Shown: positions 10,777-20,453 of the stretch, in pieces
Layout: each line of letters starts with the position of its first letter
Position numbering within the stretch: the stretch's first letter is position 1
Source of the DNA: Candidatus Marinacidobacterales bacterium
GTDB lineage: Bacteria; Acidobacteriota; Vicinamibacteria; Marinacidobacterales; SMYC01
NCBI GenBank assembly: GCA_965237955.1
Contig: OZ250169.1
Location: 512,001-576,000, forward strand
DNA length: 64,000 bases
Direction of reading: 5' to 3'
Notes under the pieces: generated by a model
Database searches by the model: none
What the model saw: the letters and a program-made list of their open reading frames with translations, nothing else
What the model was told of the DNA's origin: nothing
Position numbers and translations under genes: made by a program

Positions 10777-12438
10777 ATGAAGAAAATCCGCTGTGCCATC
10801 TATACGCGAAAGAGCGCGGAAGAAGGTCTCGAGCAGGAGTTCAACTCCCTCGATGCGCAGCGAGAAGCCTGCGCCGCGTATGTCGCGAGCCACAAGGCGG
10901 AAGGCTGGGTGCTGCTGCCAACCGTCTACGAGGACGCGGGGATCTCGGGAGGAACCCTGGAGCGCCCGGGCCTACAGCGCTTGCTCGACGACATCGACGC
11001 AGGTCTCGTCGACCAGATTGTGGTCTACAAGGTCGACCGGCTGACCCGTTCCCTCTCCGACTTTGCAAAGCTCGTCGAGCGGCTCGAGGCAGCCGGCGCG
11101 GTTTTCGTCTCGGTGACTCAGTCCTTCAACACCGCGACCAGCATGGGACGACTGACGCTGCATATGCTGCTGTCCTTCGCACAATTCGAACGCGAGGTCA
11201 CGGCCGAGCGGATCCGCGATAAGGTCGCTGCCTCCAAGCGCAAGGGACTATGGATGGGCGGCCGCGTACCGCTCGGCTATGAGAAGGACGAGCGCACGCT
11301 GCGCATCAACGAGGCTGAGGCCGAAACGGTCCGGACGCTCTATGCGCTGTACCGGAAGCACGGAACGCTCCGGCAGGTGAAGGCCGAGGCGGACCGTCTG
11401 AGACTGCGCACCAAGCAACGCTTCGCCGCGGATGGAACCCGGACAGGCGGGCTGCCGTTCCGTCGCGGACACCTTCACTGCCTGCTGACCAATCCTCTCT
11501 ACGCCGGCCGCATCCGGCACCAGAGGCGTGTCTACGAGGGCCAGCATCCATCGATCATTGCTCCGGAGCTCTGGGACGCGGTCCAGGCGCAGCTGCAGGC
11601 AGGGGCTGCCAAACCAAGGAGACGCACGACGAAGGGCCGTGCAGCCCGTTCCCCACTGGCAGGCAAGCTCTTCGACGAGACCGGGGACCGGCTGACGCCG
11701 AGCCACACCAAAAAGAAAAACGGGCAACGGCTCCGCTACTACGTCTCCCGGCGCCTCATCCAGCACAGTGGCCAAAAGGACCTCTCCGGCTGGCGACTGC
11801 CCGCCCCGATGCTGGAACAGACCGTCGTGCATCTCATCCGACAGCATGTGGATGCCACGACTTTCTCGGCCTCGTTGATCCACACTCCGACGATGCAAGA
11901 GCTTGCCTCGGTGCGTCGCTTTTTAGACGGGCTGTGTTCCGGTAGTGATGATGATAGTGCCTCGGCAGCCCCCCTGCTCCGTCTTATCCGGCGGGTCGAC
12001 ATCAGCCCCGGCTCTGTGTCCATCCTGCTCGACCGCAATACGTGCGCTGCTTGCCTCTCTATGGGGCCCGAGCGCATTCGCGAGGATGCACTCCGCATCC
12101 TCGCACCGTTCCGCTTGCGTCGACGCGGCGTCGAGACCAAGCTCGTTCTGGGCAACCCCACGAAATCCGTCGACCGCACACTCCTGCGCAATATCAGAAA
12201 CGCCCTCTCCTGGCTCGACCGAATCAAAGCAGGCAAAACCTATGAGCAGATTGCCACCGAACACGCCATCCCAACGGACCGCGTGCGCAAGGCAATCCGT
12301 TATGCCTTCCTGGCACCCGACATCGTCCGCGCCATTGTCGAAGGCCGCCAGCCCGTTGGGCTGACCTCGAGCTACCTCTTGCATCATCCACTTCCCGACG
12401 ATTGGGAGAAACAGCGAGTGCTCGTCAAAACGCTGTGA
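10777..12438 (+). CDS. Large serine recombinase (resolvase + recombinase domains)
   Basis: CAIYTRKS, NSLDAQREAC, DAGISGGTLERPGL, VYKVDRLTRS, SFAQFERE, KGLWMGG-PLGY; C-terminal AFLAPDIVRAIVEG typical of DUF2924-linked recombinases. Confidence 0.93.
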   Translation: MKKIRCAIYTRKSAEEGLEQEFNSLDAQREACAAYVASHKAEGWVLLPTVYEDAGISGGTLERPGLQRLLDDIDAGLVDQIVVYKVDRLTRSLSDFAKLVERLEAAGAVFVSVTQSFNTATSMGRLTLHMLLSFAQFEREVTAERIRDKVAASKRKGLWMGGRVPLGYEKDERTLRINEAEAETVRTLYALYRKHGTLRQVKAEADRLRLRTKQRFAADGTRTGGLPFRRGHLHCLLTNPLYAGRIRHQRRVYEGQHPSIIAPELWDAVQAQLQAGAAKPRRRTTKGRAARSPLAGKLFDETGDRLTPSHTKKKNGQRLRYYVSRRLIQHSGQKDLSGWRLPAPMLEQTVVHLIRQHVDATTFSASLIHTPTMQELASVRRFLDGLCSGSDDDSASAAPLLRLIRRVDISPGSVSILLDRNTCAACLSMGPERIREDALRILAPFRLRRRGVETKLVLGNPTKSVDRTLLRNIRNALSWLDRIKAGKTYEQIATEHAIPTDRVRKAIRYAFLAPDIVRAIVEGRQPVGLTSSYLLHHPLPDDWEKQRVLVKTL

Positions 12439-13171
12439 GCCTGCCAGCGCCCACTTCGTGAATGGGCTCGGTTAGCAGCAAGCTGCTCTCCGACACTGGC
12501 CTCCACCAATCAGACTCAAACTGGCCCAAATTCCCTGTCATGGTTTCCAGACTCGGATAGCTCCTTGTACTGGACCGTCTGCGGAGTCATCTTCGTTTCC
12601 TCCGTAAAACTCCGCTGGATGAATTCGAGGTTTGGCCAATTCGAATTCCGCTATTCGCCTTCTCCTCAGGCGCGATCTAGGCGTTGAGCGTCTTCTCATT
12701 GTCTGCGCGATTAAGTGGAAAAACGGCCCGATAAGCCCCAAAATCGCACCAAATTGCACGTTAATGGCTTGTTTAGCTCTGTTTCTGATCGTTTCCAGCC
12801 AAGAACCGGAAGCTCCACTCGAGCCTCCCGACTGCGATAGCCGGAAAGATGTTCCCGTCGACGAACATTTGCTGATGAGACGTAAAGCCTTTTGCGACAA
12901 TGAGTAATGGTCGGAGCCGCCTCCGGAGGGCTTACGACACGGCCCTCTTTCAAGCGTCCAGGAGGTTGAGATTGCCGTATAAAAAATTTGATTGAAGCAA
13001 ATTCGATTCCGGCTCGGAACGAGCACCCGTCGATGAGATGTGCGGGGACCAGCACGTGGTGGCTTCACGCTGTGGGCATCAGGGCTTCTCTGAGTTTTCG
13101 CTACATTGCCCCAACCACGCGCACGGCCAGAAGTTCGATCCTGACTCCCAAAATTGCCAAAATACCTTTTG

Positions 13172-13490
13172 CCGAGACCGGATGGCTCGAGACTGCACCA
13201 TCCGCCACCCAGTCTGGCCAATCGCGGCACTGCAGAGACGCGTGAGGTTTTCCGCGCGGTTTGCGGGGTTTTGCAGGATCAGGTGGCACCAGAGACGCGC
13301 TAGAAGGGCCGAACGGGCCTCATTTTCGGTATTTGTCTCTAATCTCGATTTTCGAGTGCCAAGTTTGCGCCAAATAAGGGAATAGGCGCTGACTGGACCA
13401 TCCGGGGGGCGGGAAAAGAGGCCGCCCGAAGGGTCCAGAATCGAGGTGCCGGGGCCACCTCGGCGTAGCTGGCCTAGCAAGTTCTGGTCC
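13172..13490 (+). repeat. Copy of the recombinase-associated non-coding repeat, including an att-like segment
   Basis: GAGACCGGATGGCTCGAGACTGCACCATCCGCCACCCAGTCTGGCCAAT... is similar to 18288-18603. Confidence 0.8.
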
Positions 13491-13728
13491 TCACCCAGAA
13501 CGCCTTCATCGAACGGTTCAACCGGACGTATCGCGAGGAGGTTCTCAACGCCTATCTGTTCACGTCCACGCACCAAGCGAAGCAACTCTCCGATGCATGG
13601 CTCGTCACCTACAACGAGCACCGGCCCCACGACGCGCTGGGCCGCGTACCGCCGCTCACCTACTTGGCGCGCGTCACATCACGCTTAGAGTCCAACTATG
13701 CGTGGTCCACTTGACGGGGAAGCTTACA
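13491..13728 (+). pseudogene. IS3-family OrfB C-terminal remnant with right IR
   Basis: QNAFIERFNRTYREEVLNAYLF...YNEHRPHDALG. The end CTATGCGTGGTCCACTTGACGGGGAAGCTTACA recurs at about 62051-62083. Confidence 0.8.
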
Positions 13729-13772
13729 GGGTGGGTGCTTCCTAGTCGTGCGTCGGAACATAGCGAGGCCCC

Positions 13773-13985
13773 GTCGTGTCCAAAAAACTTGAACGGCGCC
13801 GAGAAGTTAGAATCCTAGAGGCGTTCTTGAAATCCGCAAAAACTTTCTGCGGGTGCCGGGTTCGTGAGAGGCGATCGGCGAGCAGACCTCCGCTTCCGGG
13901 TTTTCCGTTTCCATCGAGCTAAATAGCACCGAATTCCTATGCGGTTTCGCGGTGGTAATAGTTGAGCAAGCCGCCCAATCGTCAT
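13773..13985 (-). mobile_element. Right-end remnant of a family-A-related IS
   Basis: Minus strand encodes RLGGLLNYYHRETA*, followed by a terminus ...TTTTTTGGACACGAC. Confidence 0.75.
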
Positions 13986-14779
13986 CTATGGCGATCCTCT
14001 GACGCGTCTTTGATAGACAAATATGAAAAGTCGAGCCGTTCGAGAACACCCTTCGTGCACTTTTCACAATAGTGATCTGCGGCAATCGAAACCATTCCCA
14101 ACGCGACGATGTGGTCGGGTAAATTCTCAACACTACTGTCGTAATGCTGATCCTCCCAATGTAGCCTGAAAAGGTCCACGGTTTCCACGACCTTTGAATC
14201 TCCGGTCGATTCATTGTACGTATGAAGCGCATATTCGACAGAACACTTGAAGCCGAATGAATGAATCCCACCGAGAATCAGCTTCAATTCCTCGACCGAT
14301 TTCTTAGTATGTCGACTCAACGTGTCTGCTTCAACATGAATGCCACTGCCTATGTCAGCACAACAGCACGAAAACACGCCCAAAACCACCTCTCGTTCGT
14401 TGGGGTTTATTCGGGAAAGGACTCGAAAAAATGAATTTGCGAGAGATCTCACGTGAGGTTGATCCTCAATCGAGACATCAAGATGTTCATACAAGCGATC
14501 TAGCACGGGCGGCAAGAAACTTGTGCGCAGTTTGCCTAGCTTTCGCAATGCAAGGTCGGCGAGCTCTGATGGCGTGGTTTGCTTCAAATCAATGAAACCG
14601 ACCGTGGCTGGCAATCCCGGGATCAGAGTATCATCAACCCTGGCAGGAAGAATATATTCTTCCTTTTGTTTCAAGGCTCGAGCTTGTGCGTTTTGTCTCT
14701 CATGGCTGGTCCAAACTTTGTCCGAGTATGCCTTGGAAGCAAAAAGAATGCAGTACTTTGCCCTTTCGGAATAGATGGT
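13982..14779 (-). pseudogene. TIR-domain protein, 5'-truncated by IS family B
   Basis: Frame is open up to the IS end: TIYSERAKYCILFASKAYSDKVWTSHERQNAQARALKQKEEYILPARVDDTLIPGL (bacterial TIR_2 WxxxE region), followed by an unknown C-terminal domain. Confidence 0.8.
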
Positions 14780-16125
14780 TGTCCTTCATCATTATTGATC
14801 CAGCGGGAATGGTACCGCTGGTGGCCCTACGACGAACGAAGAAACCCGGGTCGGCGCGCGCGGGCACTTGCCGAGATCACGCGATCAATGGGCCGCGGAG
14901 CTGGACAACGCAATCGCGAGGGACCCCAGCAATCGACGCGCCGCGACTAAACTGGCTCAGGCGGCGTCGCGCCATTCGTAGCGGTGGTGGAGCCCACCCA
15001 CTCGCGGCAACGCGACGACTTTTGCGGTCGGTGATGGTCGGGGCGTGACGGGTCTTGAGTTCGGGGTGTCTTTGTCGAGACCCAAGTGGCAACGGTCCTC
15101 GTGGTAGTAGCTGATGTACAAGCGCATGAGCCGGACGAGATGCCGCTCACTGAGGACAACTACATGCTCTAACATCTCGCGGCGGCAGTTTCCGATCCAG
15201 CGTTCGGCGGTACCGTTTTGCCAAGGGCTGCGATAAGAAATGCGAACAGGCTTTGTGCCCATGGCCCTGATGAACTCCACCACTGCAGGGCTGAAAATCG
15301 CGTCGCGGTCAAAGACCAAGTATCGTGGTGCCGTGTCGTATGGGAACGCCTCGCGCAGTTGTTGAATCACCCACGCTGACGTGGGGTTGTACGTCGCGTT
15401 GAAGTGCAAGATATGGCGACGGCCGTGCTCGATGACGAAGAAGCCGTACAGCAGCCGTAGCGACGCCGTCGGTACGGCGAACAGATCCATCGCGGCGATG
15501 TCGTCCTTGTGGTTCCGCAAGAACGCAATCCATCGCTTCACTTCGTCGGGTTCGGCTCGGCGGCGCGGCATGTATCGCGACACCGTCATCTCGCTGACAA
15601 CGAATCCGAGCTTCGTCAGCTCAGCGTGGATACGAGGTGCACCCCAGCCGTCTTGGGCCATCGTGCGGACGAGACGACGGATCTCGGCATCAATCCGAGG
15701 TCGACCTGGATAGCGCGGACGGGAGATCCGAGCCCAGTATCGGCGGAACCGATCTCGATTCCACCGGGCGACCGTGTCGGCGTTCACGATAACGAGCCGG
15801 CTCGCCCACGCTGGCCACGAGCTTCGGAGCGCAACCCAGAATGCTCGGTCCGTGTCCTCGAGCGGTGGCCGGGGGCGCTCCTTCTTCAACGCCGTAACTT
15901 GCTGCCGCAGGGCCAGGTTTTCAATCACGAGGTCGGCTCGGCACCGACACATCGCCCGGATCGCACGGGCGCCGAGTGAGACGAGGAAGATGAGGACACG
16001 GAGCATGGCGGCAGAGTTTGCCGTCTCAAGACCGGGATCTCAAGCGGGAGATGCGCTCGTTGGCCGAGGCGTGAACGGTGCGTAAGTCCTTGATTTCAGG
16101 AGCGGACGGATATTGATGATGCACA
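14780..16125 (-). mobile_element. IS family B copy 1 (1346 bp; rve/DDE, IS481/IS3-superfamily-like)
   Basis: Imperfect IRs TGTGCATCATCAATAT / TGTCCTTCATCATTATT. Near-identical to 54783-56128 and 46227-49506. No target duplication. Confidence 0.9.
14957..16006 (-). CDS. Integrase-core (DDE) transposase, family B
   Basis: ENLALRQQ, WGAPRIHAEL, AAMDLF / FDRD / QNGTAERW catalytic segments, GGLHHRY end. Confidence 0.9.
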   Translation of the reverse strand: MLRVLIFLVSLGARAIRAMCRCRADLVIENLALRQQVTALKKERPRPPLEDTDRAFWVALRSSWPAWASRLVIVNADTVARWNRDRFRRYWARISRPRYPGRPRIDAEIRRLVRTMAQDGWGAPRIHAELTKLGFVVSEMTVSRYMPRRRAEPDEVKRWIAFLRNHKDDIAAMDLFAVPTASLRLLYGFFVIEHGRRHILHFNATYNPTSAWVIQQLREAFPYDTAPRYLVFDRDAIFSPAVVEFIRAMGTKPVRISYRSPWQNGTAERWIGNCRREMLEHVVVLSERHLVRLMRLYISYYHEDRCHLGLDKDTPNSRPVTPRPSPTAKVVALPRVGGLHHRYEWRDAA

Positions 16126-16343
16126 GGCGTTTGTCTTTCTTGTCCCGGGGAGGAAGCGAGTTCAGGACATCAACGACGCTTCGAGATCGATTTCACGCGC
16201 ATCGCCCTCGCGGTTCTGTCGCAGCGAGTTGCGATCTTCCTTTTTTGCGGACGACAGTCTCTCGAAATCAGGCTCAAGCTCTAGCACGCGAGCGGGCTAC
16301 GTGGCGGCCCCCAACATTTGATTGCGGAAGCACCCGATATCTG

Positions 16344-17480
16344 CTACTCGCTCTCGTTTGGCGCATCCTCACGAATGACGTCTGCGATGCTCGGGTTTAG
16401 CAAGCGCCAGCGTTGTCCGAGGCGCTCAAGATCGCCCTTCATGACTACGGGTGCCTTCTCCTTATGAGCCAAGACCGCCCGCTCGTAATCGGATTGTCTC
16501 AGAACAGCCTTAACAGACTGGTTTTGCCCTTCGATGGACGTCAGCAGAGTAACTGTCCCGTCCGTCTCGGCCTTGTCACGCTTCAATATCTGCACGACGC
16601 CACACAGGCTCACATCTGGGTGCGGTTCGCGTTCGCGGAACGACCGTGCGGCTTCGCGCAAAATGGGAGCGTCGGTAGTGGCAAAGCCAATGACATCCCG
16701 GACCCGATCTATCGGGCGTGTCCGAGCCCAGGTCAGGCTAATATCCAGCGTCTCGAATGGTGAAATCACTTCAACGAGTGCCTCGCACAGATTGGCGCTT
16801 ACTCCATACTTCACAGCCTCTGAGAAAGCCTCGGCGTTTCCTCCGACCGTTTTCTCGGTCGCTTGGCGGGTAGCGGCAAGAGCGCCGGCTAGACGCTTTG
16901 TTATCTGCCTTTCGACTGGGTCGTCGTCTGGCGCCGATCCAGGGAAGAGGGGTTGCTGTATCGGTGGCGGAACAACAGGAGTCAACAGTGTGATAACGAA
17001 ACTGCCCTGTTCGGTCTGCCCCAAGCGCACTCGGTTCAAGTAGTCGCTGGCCTCTTTGTTTGCACCGGCCCGATAGAGGGGTTGCGAGTTCTGCAGTGAG
17101 CAGGCCGCGGCCAGAAGCATGTCGTGCGCGCCTCGCATGATGTTGATACCGTCGCTTGCAGCCACGCTGCCGTCGTTGCTTTCAGCAATCCGTAATCGTA
17201 TGACATCGCGGTCGGCCGTAACCAAGTCGCGATAAAGGGTGAGTTCGTCCATCTCGGCGACTTTCGCGAAAATCTCGATCAGCCGCGATACAATGCTAGC
17301 GTAGTCGCCAAGGCGCTGACTCCGCGGTAAAATAATCTCCGGCAATCCCTCCGAGGTATAAACATCGGAATGGTCGCCGTAGATATCGGTCTTGTTCCAG
17401 CCCGCAACGCGGGCATAGGTCGACAGAGCTCCTGGCGAAATTTCGATCAAAGCCTTCTTGTCCCGGATGCTTGCTCTCAT
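16344..17480 (-). CDS. Hypothetical protein (378 aa), translationally coupled partner of a DUF4365 nuclease
   Basis: Long intact ORF. ATGA overlap with the upstream gene, GGGGAGG RBS, LGQTEQGSFVITL motif, beta-rich C-terminus. Confidence 0.75.
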   Translation of the reverse strand: MRASIRDKKALIEISPGALSTYARVAGWNKTDIYGDHSDVYTSEGLPEIILPRSQRLGDYASIVSRLIEIFAKVAEMDELTLYRDLVTADRDVIRLRIAESNDGSVAASDGINIMRGAHDMLLAAACSLQNSQPLYRAGANKEASDYLNRVRLGQTEQGSFVITLLTPVVPPPIQQPLFPGSAPDDDPVERQITKRLAGALAATRQATEKTVGGNAEAFSEAVKYGVSANLCEALVEVISPFETLDISLTWARTRPIDRVRDVIGFATTDAPILREAARSFREREPHPDVSLCGVVQILKRDKAETDGTVTLLTSIEGQNQSVKAVLRQSDYERAVLAHKEKAPVVMKGDLERLGQRWRLLNPSIADVIREDAPNESE

Positions 17481-17980
17481 TCGATTTTACCTCCCCTGGA
17501 TTGCTTCATCAGCGCATGCAAACCTTCGACATCGAATAGGTTTGCCCTCGGGAGCTTGACGGTGACGGTCCATTGGTTGGTCGTTTCTTCGTATCCTTTC
17601 AAGTTGAGCCAATAGGCCCGATGTCTCACTACAAGTTCGTTTTCAGTGATCGTCATCCACTGATGCTCGTCGTTAGGCAAATCGAGCACCAAGAGTAGCC
17701 GCGGCGTTTGGGTCTCCACGCGCAGTAGATCGTAGTTTTTTCGCTTCAGTGGGAACCGGAAACACCCGTCGTCCTTCGGTTCACCAAGATTGACGGTAGC
17801 CTTTAGCTGCAACTCAAGTGCGGCTCGCATCTCGCCGCCGGCCTGGATTCGTAGATCGACGCCATCTCGATCCAGGTCATAGTTGGCTGTGACATAACCG
17901 GCGCGCGCCGCAACGGCCTCCGCGTAGACGCGGGACAAGGCTTCTTCCTGGTCGGGGGATGTCAGCAGCGCGTCGGTCAT
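17477..17980 (-). CDS. DUF4365 family PD-(D/E)XK nuclease-like protein
   Basis: EALSRVYAEAVAARAGY...DRDGVDLRI...LELQLKAT...NYDLLR...PRLLLVL. Confidence 0.8.
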   Translation of the reverse strand: MTDALLTSPDQEEALSRVYAEAVAARAGYVTANYDLDRDGVDLRIQAGGEMRAALELQLKATVNLGEPKDDGCFRFPLKRKNYDLLRVETQTPRLLLVLDLPNDEHQWMTITENELVVRHRAYWLNLKGYEETTNQWTVTVKLPRANLFDVEGLHALMKQSRGGKIE

Positions 17981-18237
17981 GCAATGGCCTCTGCGAGCGG
18001 CCCGGGTAAGTTCTGGATGATGCGAGCGGTTTCCACGCTGACATGCACGATCCGGCGGAGCGCGACGATCAGATCCCGTGGATTCTCAAACCAGCTGTTG
18101 GGATCGTTGGCGATAAGATTCGTCCTTTCATCGTCGGAAAACCGCATCGCTCGCTCGCCGACCCGGAAATGCTCCGGCCGGGACTCCCCGGATTGCGTGA
18201 ACCCGATGTCCAACGGGTACTCCCTCACAAGTATCAT
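17977..18237 (-). pseudogene. C-terminal remnant of a type ISP restriction-modification enzyme
   Basis: IANDPNSW...PRDLIVALRRIVHVSVETARIIQNLP matches the type ISP C-terminus. Its stop overlaps the DUF4365 start. Confidence 0.65.
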
Positions 18238-18257
18238 AACCGAGATGGATCGATCAT

Positions 18258-18677
18258 CTCAAATTCCCTGTTTTCAGGGTTTCCAGCGGAGACCGGATAG
18301 CTCCAAACTGCCCCATCCGCCACCCAGTCTGGCCAATTGCGGCCCCGCAGAGACGGGTGAGATTTTCCGCGCGGTTGGCGGGTTTTTCAAGATTAGGTGT
18401 CACCAGAGACGCGCTAGAAGGGCTGAACTGGCCTCATTTTCGGTTTTCGTCTCTAATCTCGATTTTCGAGTGCCACGTTTGCGCCAAAATGGGAGACGGG
18501 TGCTGACCGGGGACCTTGCGGGCAGCGGAAAAGAGGCCGCCCGAGGGGCTCAGAATCGAGGCTGAGGTTACCGCGGCGTAGCCGGCCTAGCACGTTCTGG
18601 TCCAGGTGCGGCCCGGGCCTGGATCCAGGTCTCCGCCCGAGAGCGTGGCATCCCGTTGCTGGACGGTGTTTTCCCTG
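18258..18677 (+). repeat. Most complete copy of the recombinase-associated non-coding repeat
   Basis: Starts AAATTCCCTG (also at about 12528, just after the recombinase) and runs through the segments shared with 9127 and 13172. Confidence 0.8.
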
Positions 18678-18997
18678 CGCGTGCGGAGAACCCAAATCGC
18701 CGACATCGCCTCCGACACGCCCCAGGTCTGGGGCTCGCCACGGGGCGATGACGATCGAAACGGCCCGGCACGCCAGTCTTGAGTCCGTTTGTGTTTTTGG
18801 ACACGACGGGTTTCGTGACGTTGCGCTTCGACGACATTCCAGTGTCCCGCTTCCTCGTTCCGAGTGGAAACGTTACGTGACGCCTCGACGGGAGCGGTTT
18901 CCGATCCGCTGCCCTATGCCATTGGGTTATGCCTTCTATTTATTCATCCGCGCGCACCGAACTTGATTAGTCTCCGGTCTGCCGGGACCATGCCGGC

Positions 18998-19170
18998 ATG
19001 ATCTCGTCGTTTATTCGCGCTCTCGTCTCTGCCTTCAAGGCTCGTCGCGAGCTAGCTCTCGAGAATGTCGCTCTTCGCCAGTAGCTCGCCGTCCTCCGCC
19101 GTTCGGTGAAACGGCCGCGGCTCTCGAATGTCGACCGCGTGTTTTGGGTGCTGTTGCGGGTGCTTCCGCC
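18998..19170 (+). pseudogene. N-terminal remnant of a family-B-like transposase
   Basis: MISSFIRALVSAFKARRELALENVALRQ*LAVLRRSVKRPRLSNVDRVFWV, with an in-frame stop. Confidence 0.7.
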
Positions 19171-19201
19171 ATTAAGTGTTGGTGAGATGAAGCACCGCAG
19201 G

Positions 19202-20185
19202 TCAGACAGCTGAACGAACGTCGATGCTAGTAAACAAGACGGTGACGTGCTGCTCCTGATGATCGGTGCAGACACCTGAACCCGCAACTTCTGGCGAGGC
19301 TATTCTCATTTGTTTGCCAAAGAGAGTATCAAGCTTATGTTTGGCGCGAAAATCAGCCGGGTCTTTAAGCTGAAAAGACGCCGTGGGAAGAAAACCGAAC
19401 CGAAGCAAGTACCAGGTCGGACTTCCAGTAAATTCTATGCTACCCGTACCAACCTGTTCCCGGAGCGCTTCCAGTGATTCATAAAATGAGTCATCTCCAC
19501 CTCTCGGCAAGACTACGAGGCAATCCCGCATCTTCACAGACCAGCAAAGAAGCGGGGTACGCATCAAGGTAATGCCCTCATCGAGCGAAGACTCTGGACA
19601 GCGGAACGAAAAAGTCCTGATCACATTGGAATAAGGATCCAGTATTTTTCGTCGAACTGTTTCGAGGGATTTACTCTCCGCATACCGATAGCCTGCAGTC
19701 GAACCCAACAGTGAGAACACCGACAAATACGCGGACTTAAGCCAGCTTACCGCTGCGTACTCCGGCTTGGGACTCGTGAGCGTCAGAGTCAAGGTGGGCT
19801 TGGTCTTTAGCCATTCTCTCAGTTCCTCTGGCCGATGCCGGGGAGACGTAACCTTGCCCAACAAGCTACCGGCGAGATCATCAGTCAGGTAAACGGTCTC
19901 CAATCGCCCCAGGATTTCGATCGTGGCCTTGGGCGACCGAGTCAAAAGAGTAGCCGCCTGATCAACGCCTTGCCCGGCGCCAACGTTGCACCTGGTACAT
20001 GTAAGGCACATTGGCTTTCCGCCAAGGGCCTTCGGCGGCACATGCTCCAACGTAACTGTTTGGCCTTCTATTGCATCGGCTTCGGTAAATGCCTCTAGGC
20101 AGATAGGACACTTAGCGTTACCATCCTCAAAAAGAGTACGGCGAATTTCCTTGGTAGACCTGCTCGACACCAGACTGACTCCCAT
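19202..20185 (-). CDS. HNH endonuclease domain protein
   Basis: CPIC...TLEHVPPKALGG...CLTCTRCN at the N-terminus; divergent from hsdM. Confidence 0.8.
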   Translation of the reverse strand: MGVSLVSSRSTKEIRRTLFEDGNAKCPICLEAFTEADAIEGQTVTLEHVPPKALGGKPMCLTCTRCNVGAGQGVDQAATLLTRSPKATIEILGRLETVYLTDDLAGSLLGKVTSPRHRPEELREWLKTKPTLTLTLTSPKPEYAAVSWLKSAYLSVFSLLGSTAGYRYAESKSLETVRRKILDPYSNVIRTFSFRCPESSLDEGITLMRTPLLCWSVKMRDCLVVLPRGGDDSFYESLEALREQVGTGSIEFTGSPTWYLLRFGFLPTASFQLKDPADFRAKHKLDTLFGKQMRIASPEVAGSGVCTDHQEQHVTVLFTSIDVRSAV

Positions 20186-20453
20186 CTTTAGCGGTTATCC
20201 ACCGAGAGCTCACACCAGCAAGGTCAAGTTATACTTTTCCTGTCAAATGTCCGCCTGGTTCCCCGAGTTCGGTTAGGCTGCAGCAAGGTACCGAGGCGCC
20301 GTATCCTATGGAATAGCAACCATCCACGAGATTCTCTCCCAGGAGCACTCGGGCGACGATTTCAATAGGGTAAGTCGTGCACGCCAATGGTTCTCTGTCG
20401 TCGAACCGTTTGGGCGTGGGCGGGCAGGGTGTTACATTCGGAATGGACCCGAT

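Noticed and set aside
1-12438. CRISPR-associated transposon or recombinase system
   Set aside because: No tnsB, tnsC or tniQ. The adaptation module and long array are standard I-G, and the recombinase is separated by IS debris.
13178-13210. Possible tRNA gene
   Set aside because: Only a degenerate T-arm/acceptor-like 3' segment with no cloverleaf; treated as att-like sequence.
12538-13245. ORFs between the recombinase and the repeat
   Set aside because: No recognisable motifs or RBS in any frame; left unannotated.
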